From an uncultured Candidatus Saccharibacteria bacterium (GTDB lineage: Bacteria > Patescibacteriota > Saccharimonadia > Saccharimonadales > JBBQAJ01): a stretch of 64,000 bases of DNA. How positions within the stretch are numbered: position 1 is the stretch's first letter; every line of letters begins with the position of its first letter. The translations under genes and the position numbers were made by a program. The stretch covers positions 321,516 to 385,515 of the forward strand of contig CAZQHP010000001.1 of NCBI GenBank assembly GCA_964593805.1, written 5' to 3'. Below are positions 1 to 9,942 of the stretch, one piece after another. The notes under the pieces were generated by a model. The model was not told where the DNA came from and did no database searches. It was given only the letters and a program-made list of their open reading frames with translations.

Positions 1-413
1 AAATCTCGTTCGTTGCCGAAATCCAGGACGGCGGCACGCAGCTGCGAATCAGCGCGCCTTTTATACACAGCGCTATCTGGAACATTTTGGACAACGCCGC
101 TAAGTTTACCAAAGAAGGCGGCAAAATAACTCTCGCCACGAAGCGAAACGGCGACAGTCTCCAGATTATAATCAGCGACAATGGTATCGGCATAACCGCT
201 GCCGAGCTGCCAAAACTGTTTACCAAATTCCACCGCGGCACTTCCACGCTAACCTACGATTTTGAGGGTACGGGTATAGGCCTCTATGCTTCCAAAGTTA
301 TGGTTGAAAAACACGGGGGCACCATAACGGTTAACAGTGAAGAGGGCAGGGGTAGTACCTTTACAATCAACCTGCCGATTTTTTCCTCTAGCTCCCAGCC
401 ACGAGACAGCTAG
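1..413 (+). CDS. sensor histidine kinase, C-terminal HATPase_c portion (5' end outside window)
   Basis: Frame open from window start. Has N-box-like IWNILDNAAKFT, then DNGIGI and GTGIGL (G1/G2 boxes). Confidence 0.8.
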   Translation, partial: ISFVAEIQDGGTQLRISAPFIHSAIWNILDNAAKFTKEGGKITLATKRNGDSLQIIISDNGIGITAAELPKLFTKFHRGTSTLTYDFEGTGIGLYASKVMVEKHGGTITVNSEEGRGSTFTINLPIFSSSSQPRDS

Positions 414-448
414 TTCCAATTTGCTGGGTTGTGGACTAAAATGCAAGC

Positions 449-850
449 ATGTATAAAAACATCCTGTTTGTTGAGGATGAACAGTTCATCGCCGAGATGT
501 ACGCCGATATTTTGCGCCAATCAGGCTTAAAGGTGCTGATAGAGGGCAACGGCCAAAAGGGCTATGAGCTGGCAAGCAGCGGAGAGTACGATTTGGTGTT
601 GCTTGATCTCATGCTTCCCGGCATGACCGGTCTGGAGGTTCTGCAACGGCTGCGCAACAAAAAACTTTCGCCCAAATTCACGCCCGATCATCACGTCGTT
701 GTACTTACCAACCTGGACGAGGACGACGTAACCAAAAAGAAAATTTCTGAACTTGCCCAGGGCTACTACACAAAGGTAAACATCACCCCGCACAAGCTCG
801 TTGAGATTATCAAAGACATGGATGGCGGCAAGCGCCCTCATGACGGTTAG
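449..850 (+). CDS. single-domain response regulator (CheY-like receiver)
   Basis: ILFVEDE...DLVLLDLMLPGMTGLEV receiver signature. 133 aa with no output domain. Directly downstream of the kinase. Confidence 0.8.
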   Translation: MYKNILFVEDEQFIAEMYADILRQSGLKVLIEGNGQKGYELASSGEYDLVLLDLMLPGMTGLEVLQRLRNKKLSPKFTPDHHVVVLTNLDEDDVTKKKISELAQGYYTKVNITPHKLVEIIKDMDGGKRPHDG

Positions 851-875
851 CTGCTAATCTGTTAGACTATAACAA

Positions 876-2759
876 ATGAACGCGCAGCAGATACGAAAAG
901 CTTACTTAGATTTTTTTACCAAACAGGGGCACAAAGTAATCCCGCGGGCGCTTCTGGTGCCGTACAACGACCCGACTACGCTGTTTACCGGTTCCGGCAT
1001 GCAGCCGCTTATCCCGTACTTGCTGGGAGAACCGCACCAGGACGGCGTACGCTTGGTAGACAGCCAAACCTGTCTGCGCGCTGACGATATGGACGAAGTC
1101 GGCGACAATCGCCACACAACGTTTTTTGAGATGCTCGGTAACTGGAGCCTTGGCGATTACTTCAAAGCCGAGCAGCTTCCCTGGTTCTTTGAGTTTCTGA
1201 CGGACGTAGTCGGGCTTGATCCGAAGCGGCTGTACGTAACCTGTTGCAGTGGATTTCCGGAATTTGATGTTCCTAAGGATCAAGAAAGCGCCGACATCTG
1301 GGCGAATTTATTCAAAAGCAAAGGTATAGATAACAAGCAAATCGACATCGGCAGTGAAGAGCTGGGTTACGAAAAAGGCGAGCAAGGCGGCCGCATATTT
1401 TTCTACGACGAAAAAAACTGGTGGAGTCGCAATGGCGCACCAAAGGACGTTAAGCCAGGCGAACCTTGCGGGCCAGACAGCGAAGTGTTTTATCTATATG
1501 AAAGCATCGAGCACGACCCTAGCTTTGGCGCCAAGTGCCATCCAAACTGTGACTGCGGGCGCTATATGGAAATTGGCAACTCCGTTTTCATGGAATATAT
1601 CCGAACCAGTAAAGGCTTCGAAAAACTGCCCAAGCAAAACGTGGACTTTGGCGGCGGGCTGGAGCGGATCGCGGCTGCCAAAATTAACAACCCGGACATG
1701 TTCAAAATCAGTGTAATTTGGCCGATTATAGAAGAACTTCAAAAACTAAGCGGCAAAACTTATGAATCACACACTGCCAGCATGCGGGTAATTGCCGACC
1801 ATCTGCGCAGCGCTACGTTTCTGGCGGTTGACGGCGTGGTGCCAAGCAACAAGGAGCAAGGTTACGTGATGCGCCGTTTTGTACGCCGAGCCATTCGCTA
1901 TGCGTTCGAACTAGGAGTGGAGCAAAACTTCCTCGAGCACGTCGTGCCGGTGATTGCCGATATGTATCACCAAGATTTCCCGGAGGTAGCAGAAAAGCGC
2001 CAGCAAGTAATTGATACGTTAGTAAAAGAAGAAAAAATCTTTCGCCAGACCCTCCGTGCAGGGGTGCGGGAATTAGGCAAACTTGGCAAAGACGGTTTGA
2101 CCGGTGAAGAAGTGTTTAAACTGTATGATACCTACGGTTTCCCAGTGGAATTAAGCGTTGAAGAAGCATTTAAACAAGACATAAAGATTTCCAAGTCGTG
2201 GCGCGGGGAGTTCGACAAACTCATGACAAAACAGCGGCAGCGTAGCCAGACGGCCAGCAAAGGCACGTTCAAGGGCGGGCTGGGCGGTACCTCCGCGCAG
2301 CACAAAAAATATCATACCGCTACTCATCTGATGTACCAGGCACTGCGGGACGTGCTGGGCGACCACGTTATCCAAAACGGCAGCAACATCACCGAAGAAC
2401 GCCTGCGGTTTGACTTTTCTCACCCGGAAAAGGTTACCCCAGAGCAAATCAAGCAAGTTGAAAATATTGTAAATGAACAAATTCAAAAAGACCTGCAAGT
2501 TAGTTACGAGGAGTTTCCAACTAAAGTCGCGGTAGAAGAAAAGGGCGCGCTTGGGCAGTTTGGCGACCGCTACGGTGAAACCGTAAAAGTATATAAAATG
2601 ATAGAGGATGGTGCTGACAAACCGTTCAGCTTCGAAATCTGCGGCGGCCCACACGTGGACCATACTTTGCAGCTGGCCGAAGGCGGCAAGCAATTCAAAA
2701 TTATCAAAGAAGAATCATCAAGCGCCGGCATACGCCGCATCAAAGCCGTTCTGAAGTAG
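876..2759 (+). CDS. alaS: alanine--tRNA ligase (short form, lacks C-terminal C-Ala domain)
   Basis: N-terminal class II AlaRS motifs (FTGSGMQP, RADDMDEVG, FFEMLGNWSLGDYFK) and editing-domain HxxxH/CGGPHV. Only 627 aa. Confidence 0.9.
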   Translation: MNAQQIRKAYLDFFTKQGHKVIPRALLVPYNDPTTLFTGSGMQPLIPYLLGEPHQDGVRLVDSQTCLRADDMDEVGDNRHTTFFEMLGNWSLGDYFKAEQLPWFFEFLTDVVGLDPKRLYVTCCSGFPEFDVPKDQESADIWANLFKSKGIDNKQIDIGSEELGYEKGEQGGRIFFYDEKNWWSRNGAPKDVKPGEPCGPDSEVFYLYESIEHDPSFGAKCHPNCDCGRYMEIGNSVFMEYIRTSKGFEKLPKQNVDFGGGLERIAAAKINNPDMFKISVIWPIIEELQKLSGKTYESHTASMRVIADHLRSATFLAVDGVVPSNKEQGYVMRRFVRRAIRYAFELGVEQNFLEHVVPVIADMYHQDFPEVAEKRQQVIDTLVKEEKIFRQTLRAGVRELGKLGKDGLTGEEVFKLYDTYGFPVELSVEEAFKQDIKISKSWRGEFDKLMTKQRQRSQTASKGTFKGGLGGTSAQHKKYHTATHLMYQALRDVLGDHVIQNGSNITEERLRFDFSHPEKVTPEQIKQVENIVNEQIQKDLQVSYEEFPTKVAVEEKGALGQFGDRYGETVKVYKMIEDGADKPFSFEICGGPHVDHTLQLAEGGKQFKIIKEESSSAGIRRIKAVLK

Positions 2760-2767
2760 TCGAACGA

Positions 2768-2786
2768 CCTCTGTTTATGCTACAAT
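2768..2786 (+). promoter_or_regulatory. putative promoter upstream of ftsA (CCTCTGTTTATGCTACAAT)
   Basis: Extended -10 TGCTACAAT. Nearly identical to the element upstream of tRNA-Ala (40773-40790). Confidence 0.4.
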
Positions 2787-4101
2787 GATGCCGATTATGC
2801 TCAACAAAATTAAAGGGTTAAAAGCAACCGCGTTAGCGCGCCTCCCCAGAGGCAAAAACAAAGCTGCCGCTGGCAAATATATCGTTGGGCTAGACATTGG
2901 AACCGAGTTTGTAAAAGCGCTGATTGCCCAAGTTGAGGGCGACGAGCTTCAAATTATTGGCGTTGGCCGCGAGCACCAAAGCCTGACAGACATGCAAGCC
3001 GGCGCTATAGCCGACATAGCCGGCGTAGTCCGCAACTGCGACGCCGCGCTTAGCCAAGCCGAGCAGCAAGCCGGCGTGAGCGTTCGTTCGGCCGTGATTG
3101 GGATTGCCGGAGAGCTCGTAAAAGGCACCACCACCACTGTGCGGGTTAGGCGCAAAAACCCTGACAAACAGCTGGATATGGAAGAAACAGAACAAATAAT
3201 TGGGCTGGTACAGGAAAGAGCCCAGGCCAAGGCCAAACAGCAGCTGGCCTGGGAACTTGGCGGCAAAGACGTAGAAATTCGACTGGTAAATAGCGCGCTG
3301 GTACGCATAGACATTGACGGCTATGCCGTAACCAACCCAATTGGTTTTCAGGGCAAAGAAGTAATGGTGCAGTTATACACGGCCTTCGCTCCGCTGATAC
3401 ACATTGGCGCGCTAGAGCGCACGGCGCAGGAACTGGACCTGGATCTTATAGCTGTTGCCGCCGAACCGTTCGCGGTGGCGAGGTCGGTGATTGGCAATGA
3501 CCCTGACACCAGTATGAACGCCATTCTCATGGACGTGGGCGGCGGCACTACCGACATAGCAGTGCTGCATGACGGCGGCGTGCAAGGAACCAAAATGTTT
3601 GGCATTGGCGGCCGAGCCTTTACTCGTTCGGTTGAGCGGGAGCTGGCTGTAAATTTTAGCCAGGCAGAAGACTATAAACTGGCGTATGGCGCCCACCATG
3701 TCACAGCGGCTAAAGGCACTGCCATAAAGCACGCGCTGGAAAAAACGCTGGACGTTTGGACCAGCGGCATAGAACTGGCGCTCGGCGAATTTACCACGAC
3801 CGACCACTTGCCCAGCCAAGTTTTGCTGTGCGGCGGCGGTTCAAGCTTGGAGATGCTGATGGAAAAATTGGAACAGTCCAGCTGGTATCGGGAGCTACCT
3901 TTTACCAAGCGCCCGGTGGTGCAGCACATACAGCCTGACGAGGTAGCGGGTATCACCGATAAAACCGGCGACGTAAACGACCATACGCTTATAACCGCCA
4001 TGGGGCTGCTCAGAGTCGGACTTGATACAATACAAATGCAGGAAAATCCAAAATCAACCGGCAGCGTGAAACAGCGGCTGGATAGGATGTTGCAAATATG
4101 A
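2785..4101 (+). CDS. ftsA: cell division protein FtsA (actin-like ATPase)
   Basis: GLDIGT phosphate-1, MDVGGGTTDIAVL phosphate-2, LCGGGS adenosine motif, 1C-type insert. The first two ATGs overlap the -10 box; the true start is probably the ATG at 2797. Confidence 0.7.
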   Translation: MMPIMLNKIKGLKATALARLPRGKNKAAAGKYIVGLDIGTEFVKALIAQVEGDELQIIGVGREHQSLTDMQAGAIADIAGVVRNCDAALSQAEQQAGVSVRSAVIGIAGELVKGTTTTVRVRRKNPDKQLDMEETEQIIGLVQERAQAKAKQQLAWELGGKDVEIRLVNSALVRIDIDGYAVTNPIGFQGKEVMVQLYTAFAPLIHIGALERTAQELDLDLIAVAAEPFAVARSVIGNDPDTSMNAILMDVGGGTTDIAVLHDGGVQGTKMFGIGGRAFTRSVERELAVNFSQAEDYKLAYGAHHVTAAKGTAIKHALEKTLDVWTSGIELALGEFTTTDHLPSQVLLCGGGSSLEMLMEKLEQSSWYRELPFTKRPVVQHIQPDEVAGITDKTGDVNDHTLITAMGLLRVGLDTIQMQENPKSTGSVKQRLDRMLQI

Positions 4102-5750
4102 GCGTACAACCAACCAAAGATACTATTTATATTGACGCGGAAGACGAAATCACCGTTATTATTGAAAAGGTGCGGGCTTCTGACGCCAAAATTGTGGCGT
4201 TGGTCTTGCCCAAACGGGCTGCGACTTTGCAGTCGATTGTAAACCTGAAACTTTTGAAACGCACGGCCAAAGAGGCCAAAAAAAGCTTGGTGCTCATAAC
4301 TTCCGAAGCAGGACTATTGCCGATTGCGGGGGCGGTTGGTTTGCATGTGGCCAAGACCCTGCAGAGCAAGCCGGCGGTTCCGGCGTCTCCAAAAACCAGC
4401 GACGAAGCCATCACGGTGGAAAGCGCAGCTTCGGAGGCTGGCGAAGCGGCACTTGACCCGCATGCTTCTATTGGCCAGCTGGCCGGCCACGTTGCCACCG
4501 AAGAAACAATTGAACTAGACAACGACGACACCGCTGGCGCAAAAGCCAAAAACGCCAAAAAAACACTAACCAAAAAATTCAAAATTCCCAATTTTGACCG
4601 TTTCCGGCTGATGCTGTTTGGCGGCATCGCACTGTTTGTTTTGCTGATTGTGGGCGGCGTTTTTGCGTTTGTAATCCTGCCCAAAGCCAAAATCGTCATT
4701 AAAACCGACACCACGAGTGTAAACACCGACTTGCTCATCATCGCTAAAACGGATGCCAAAGAGGTGGACGGGGCGGCCATGATAGTGCCAGCCACTACTA
4801 AAACCCTCAAAAAAACCGACACCGAAAAAGTCGCGGCCACCGGCCAGCGCGACGACGGGAATAGGGCTAAAGGAACAATGACCGTTTACAACTGTACCGA
4901 TGCCGCGATAACCATTCCTGCCGGGACGACATTTACAAACACGGGCTTTTCATTTACCGCCGATGCGGCAGCAACCATACCGCCAAGCGACTTTTTTAGT
5001 AATGGCACATGCAAAAAAAATAGCAGCGAAGACGTTGCCGTGACCGCAACTAAAGCAGGCGGCGAATCAAACCTAAGCGCAGGCAGAGACTATACATCAA
5101 ACATTGGTTCAACGCTCACCGGCAAAGGGTCGGCAATGAGCGGCGGTACCAGTAAGCTCGTACAGGTAGCCAGTCAGTCAGACATTGATAACGCCAAGCA
5201 AAAGGTGACTGATCGTCTGAATACAGCAGCCGCTACTGAACTCAACGCCCAATTTACGACTGAAAACTTTGTGGCAATCACCGACACTTTTGCCGGCGGC
5301 GCGCCAACGGTGTTGAGTACGCCAAACGTCAATGAGCCCGGCGCCGAGGTCAACGTGTCCGTCACAATCACCTATACCGAACTGGGCGTTAAGCAAGACG
5401 ACCTAAAGCAATTGGTGGAAGCGGAGGTTAAAAAACACATAGACAACAGCAAACAAACCATACAAGACAACGGTATCAGCAAAGCGACCATCTTGACTAT
5501 CGAAAAAAAATCAGCAGGCGAAGTTAAATTCAACATAAAAACCCTGGCAATCGCTGGCCCGCAGCTAGACGCCGATGGTATCAAAAAGCAAGTCGCCGGC
5601 AAGAAAAAGAACGAAACCCAGTCCATAATTCAATCGCGCCCGGGCATCAAAGATGTCACCATTAGCTACAGTCCTTTCTGGGTTTTCAGTACACCCAAAA
5701 ACACCAAGCACATCACCATAACGTTTGACCAAAACAATGCCGGACAATAA
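4098..5750 (+). CDS. hypothetical single-pass membrane protein (cytoplasmic N-domain, Thr/Ala/Ser-rich extracytoplasmic region)
   Basis: Long ORF overlapping the ftsA stop. One TM helix (LMLFGGIALFVLLIVGGVFAFVIL) about 170 aa in. Not recognisable as FtsZ/FtsQ. Confidence 0.55.
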   Translation: MSVQPTKDTIYIDAEDEITVIIEKVRASDAKIVALVLPKRAATLQSIVNLKLLKRTAKEAKKSLVLITSEAGLLPIAGAVGLHVAKTLQSKPAVPASPKTSDEAITVESAASEAGEAALDPHASIGQLAGHVATEETIELDNDDTAGAKAKNAKKTLTKKFKIPNFDRFRLMLFGGIALFVLLIVGGVFAFVILPKAKIVIKTDTTSVNTDLLIIAKTDAKEVDGAAMIVPATTKTLKKTDTEKVAATGQRDDGNRAKGTMTVYNCTDAAITIPAGTTFTNTGFSFTADAAATIPPSDFFSNGTCKKNSSEDVAVTATKAGGESNLSAGRDYTSNIGSTLTGKGSAMSGGTSKLVQVASQSDIDNAKQKVTDRLNTAAATELNAQFTTENFVAITDTFAGGAPTVLSTPNVNEPGAEVNVSVTITYTELGVKQDDLKQLVEAEVKKHIDNSKQTIQDNGISKATILTIEKKSAGEVKFNIKTLAIAGPQLDADGIKKQVAGKKKNETQSIIQSRPGIKDVTISYSPFWVFSTPKNTKHITITFDQNNAGQ

Positions 5751-6156
5751 CATTTTGGCGTTAGATGTTGGCGAAAAGCGGGTAGGCGTAGCCATGGTTC
5801 GCGCCGAGGTACGCGTTCCGGTTACGCTGGAAACTCTGGACCGCCAGGCTCCCGAATTTTGGGAAAAACTGTCAGAAGTCATAAAACAAAATGAAATTGG
5901 CCAAATTATAATAGGCCTCCCGCGCGGGCTTGCGGGGCAAGAAACGGCTCAGACTAAACATGTTCGGGAGTTTGCCGGGGAACTTGCCAGCCATTTTTCA
6001 TTGCCGGTTCATTGGCAGGACGAAGCACTGACTTCCGTGCAGGCGGAAACTATTCTAAACGGCAGCGGCAAACCGTATAAAAAAGCCGATATTGACGCCC
6101 TGGCCGCCAGCCTGATTTTGGCGGACTATCTGGAAACTGCAAAGGCAACGCCATGA
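5725..6156 (+). CDS. ruvX: Holliday-junction resolvase-like YqgF/RuvX
   Basis: ILALDVGEKRVGVA N-terminal RNase H-like motif, about 140 aa. Likely starts at the MPDNN ATG (5737). Confidence 0.8.
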   Translation: MTKTMPDNNILALDVGEKRVGVAMVRAEVRVPVTLETLDRQAPEFWEKLSEVIKQNEIGQIIIGLPRGLAGQETAQTKHVREFAGELASHFSLPVHWQDEALTSVQAETILNGSGKPYKKADIDALAASLILADYLETAKATP

Positions 6157-7208
6157 AAGACTTCGCCAAAAACAACAAGCCAAAAAACTGGAACAGGATC
6201 TGGCTGACAGCCGGTATTATAATTTTGCTTACTTTTGCTACTGGAGCTTTTTTGGTCCGCCGGTCATACTACCAGCATCTTGAGCCAGTCAGTACCTCTC
6301 AAAAGACCGTGCTCTTGACAGTTCCAAGCGGCGCCTCGGCTCAAGAAATAGGCCAAAAACTGGAGGAGCAGGGTTTGATTCGGGCTTCGTGGGCTTTTGA
6401 ATGGTATGTCCGAAACCATGACGTGCGTGATAGTTTACAGGCTGGCACGTATTCCCTCAGGCCGAGCCAGACGGTTCCAGAAATTGTTTCGGCGCTTACT
6501 CACGGGAAAGTGTTTACTGATTTGTTTCGAATTTCACCCGGGCTCAGGCTGGACCAGATTAGAAGTGATTTGATTAGCAGCGGTTTTTCGCCGGAAAAGG
6601 TAGATGCCGCCTTGAACTCAGCCCTATATACTGATCATCCGGCGCTGGCCGACAAACCCGCAGGTACCACGCTAGAAGGCTATTTGTACCCCGAATCATT
6701 CCAAAGAACAGCCAATACCAAACCAGAAACGCTGATACGCCAGTCGCTTGATGAGATGCAAAAACGTCTTACTCCGGATTTGAGAGCGGCCTTTGTCAAA
6801 CAGGGAATAACGGTTCACCAAGGGGTTATTTTGGCATCTATTGTAGAACAAGAAGTAAATAACCCTGCCGACAAACCCATTGTGGCTCAGGTGTTTTTGC
6901 GCCGCTTTCGCATAGGCATGCAGCTGGGTTCGGACGTCACGGCGTTTTATGGCGCCATCACCAGCGGCCAGGCGGCCAGCGTGGGCTTTGATTCACCGTA
7001 CAACACCCGGATTCATAACGGATTGCCGCCAGGACCCATCAGTAATGTTTCAGAAGTTTCTTTGCAGGCCGTAGCGCACCCCGCCGAGACAGACTTCTTA
7101 TATTTTGTGGCCGGCGACGGTGAAGACGAGGGCAAAACATACTTTTCCCACACGCTCGCCGAACACGAGGCTTTGACTAAAGAACATTGCAAAAAACTCT
7201 GCCAATAG
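6153..7208 (+). CDS. mltG: endolytic murein transglycosylase MltG (YceG family)
   Basis: N-terminal TM anchor. YceG motifs (GTYSLRPSQT..., LEGYLYPESF, GLPPGPISN). Confidence 0.85.
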   Translation: MKDFAKNNKPKNWNRIWLTAGIIILLTFATGAFLVRRSYYQHLEPVSTSQKTVLLTVPSGASAQEIGQKLEEQGLIRASWAFEWYVRNHDVRDSLQAGTYSLRPSQTVPEIVSALTHGKVFTDLFRISPGLRLDQIRSDLISSGFSPEKVDAALNSALYTDHPALADKPAGTTLEGYLYPESFQRTANTKPETLIRQSLDEMQKRLTPDLRAAFVKQGITVHQGVILASIVEQEVNNPADKPIVAQVFLRRFRIGMQLGSDVTAFYGAITSGQAASVGFDSPYNTRIHNGLPPGPISNVSEVSLQAVAHPAETDFLYFVAGDGEDEGKTYFSHTLAEHEALTKEHCKKLCQ

Positions 7209-7455
7209 AGCCACCTCTGTTGGTGTAATTTTTTTCTCTCTGTCTAACAGGGGTAGAAAATGCTTGGAAAAGCTTGCCTTTGCACGCATTTTTGCTATAC
7301 TTTTATCCGTAACTCGCTCATCTGTAAACAGGGGTGGCCCAAAGAGCAGACAGAGGGGTTATATCTGTTATTGCCCTAAGCGTATGTAGTAAGGTGGTCG
7401 AACTCCTTACAAAATTAACTAAGATCCAATAATAGGTTTCCCCGCCGCGGCGGGG

Positions 7456-8616
7456 ATGGAGTTGTTTATTCGTAGCCAGTCGCATGCATTAGGCCGTAAA
7501 CTTATTGCTCGTCGCAAGACAAAACCCAGCACGCAGCGCAAGTTGCGGCGCCTTTTTGTACGTTCACGACGGCGTGTGATTCGTTACAGCCTGCTTACGG
7601 CAAACTTGGCCATGCTGGCCATGGTTGTGTTTTTTGTCGCCAAAACTCCCCCCGACAGCCAAGCGGTTCGCCAGAACGCAACCGCTAGTACTAACTCGGC
7701 AGACGTTGTTGCCGGCCCGCTTGACCAAGTTTCATCAGCCGACATTGCCGTACACGTTGCTCGCGTTGCAAGTTTGCCAGAAGCGGTCTCTGTAGTGAAC
7801 CATGCCGATTCAGTCAGTGCCATAGAAGCAACGGCGCCCGCGGACACGAGCGTGGTAGCAAAGCCGCAAGTGATATCAACCGCCTTGCCTTCTCGTAAAG
7901 ACATACACACCTATACCACTGTGGCAGGCGATACCATCGGTTCAATAGCGGCTAAATTCGGCGTTTCTTCGGAAAGTATCAGGTGGAGCAACGGCCTGTC
8001 CGGCAATACGATTGGTGCCGGCAGACAGCTTGTATTGCCCCCCGCCGGCGTCAACGGTATTGTATATGTTGTTAAACCGGGCGACACGGCCGATACACTG
8101 GCTAGAAAATACGGCACGGACAAAGAGTCGCTGATTTCTTTTAACGATGCCGAAGTCACCGGGCTGGTAGCCGGCGAACAAATTTTGATCCCCAACGGCG
8201 TTATTCGCGCTGTCGCGGCGCCTTCCTATAACTATTTCTCAGCTATTTATGGCAGCAATGGGTATGATTACGGCTGGTGTACATGGTGGGCCGCTAAGAG
8301 GCGGGCTGATACCGGGCGGCCACTGCCAAGCAACCTGGGCAATGCCAGTTGGTGGCGGGGAAATGCCGCAGGAGCAGGTTTGCGCGTTGACCACAGCCCC
8401 GAAGCGGGCGCGGTTGCATACTATTCTTTCGTACCCGGGCTTGGCCACGTGGGGTTTGTAGAACAGGTTAACCCGGACGGTAGTATATGGATATCCGACA
8501 TGAACTATTTTGGCGTCAACCAAATTGGCGGCAGTACGTCCGCTGGCGGTTGGGGTAGAACCAGCTACCATCTTGTTGCGCCAGACCAATTCGGACAATA
8601 TCTTTTTATTCACTAA
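7456..8616 (+). CDS. membrane-anchored peptidoglycan hydrolase with 2 LysM domains and C-terminal CHAP domain
   Basis: R/K-rich N-tail plus TM. Two LysM repeats (YTTVAGDTIGSIAAKFGVS; YVVKPGDTADTLARKYGTD). CHAP signature with Cys (YGWCTWWAA) and His (GHVGFVE). Confidence 0.8.
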   Translation: MELFIRSQSHALGRKLIARRKTKPSTQRKLRRLFVRSRRRVIRYSLLTANLAMLAMVVFFVAKTPPDSQAVRQNATASTNSADVVAGPLDQVSSADIAVHVARVASLPEAVSVVNHADSVSAIEATAPADTSVVAKPQVISTALPSRKDIHTYTTVAGDTIGSIAAKFGVSSESIRWSNGLSGNTIGAGRQLVLPPAGVNGIVYVVKPGDTADTLARKYGTDKESLISFNDAEVTGLVAGEQILIPNGVIRAVAAPSYNYFSAIYGSNGYDYGWCTWWAAKRRADTGRPLPSNLGNASWWRGNAAGAGLRVDHSPEAGAVAYYSFVPGLGHVGFVEQVNPDGSIWISDMNYFGVNQIGGSTSAGGWGRTSYHLVAPDQFGQYLFIH

Positions 8617-8657
8617 AACAATTCCTGGACTCCGGACTCCGGACTCTGTACTCTTAG

Positions 8658-9938
<1,281 letters not shown>

Positions 9939-9942
9939 CAGT

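Noticed and set aside
7209-7455. RNase P RNA, SRP RNA or tmRNA in the large intergenic region
   Set aside because: The length and the absence of the conserved SRP domain IV and RNase P P4 motifs argue against these. It is treated as a regulatory leader instead.
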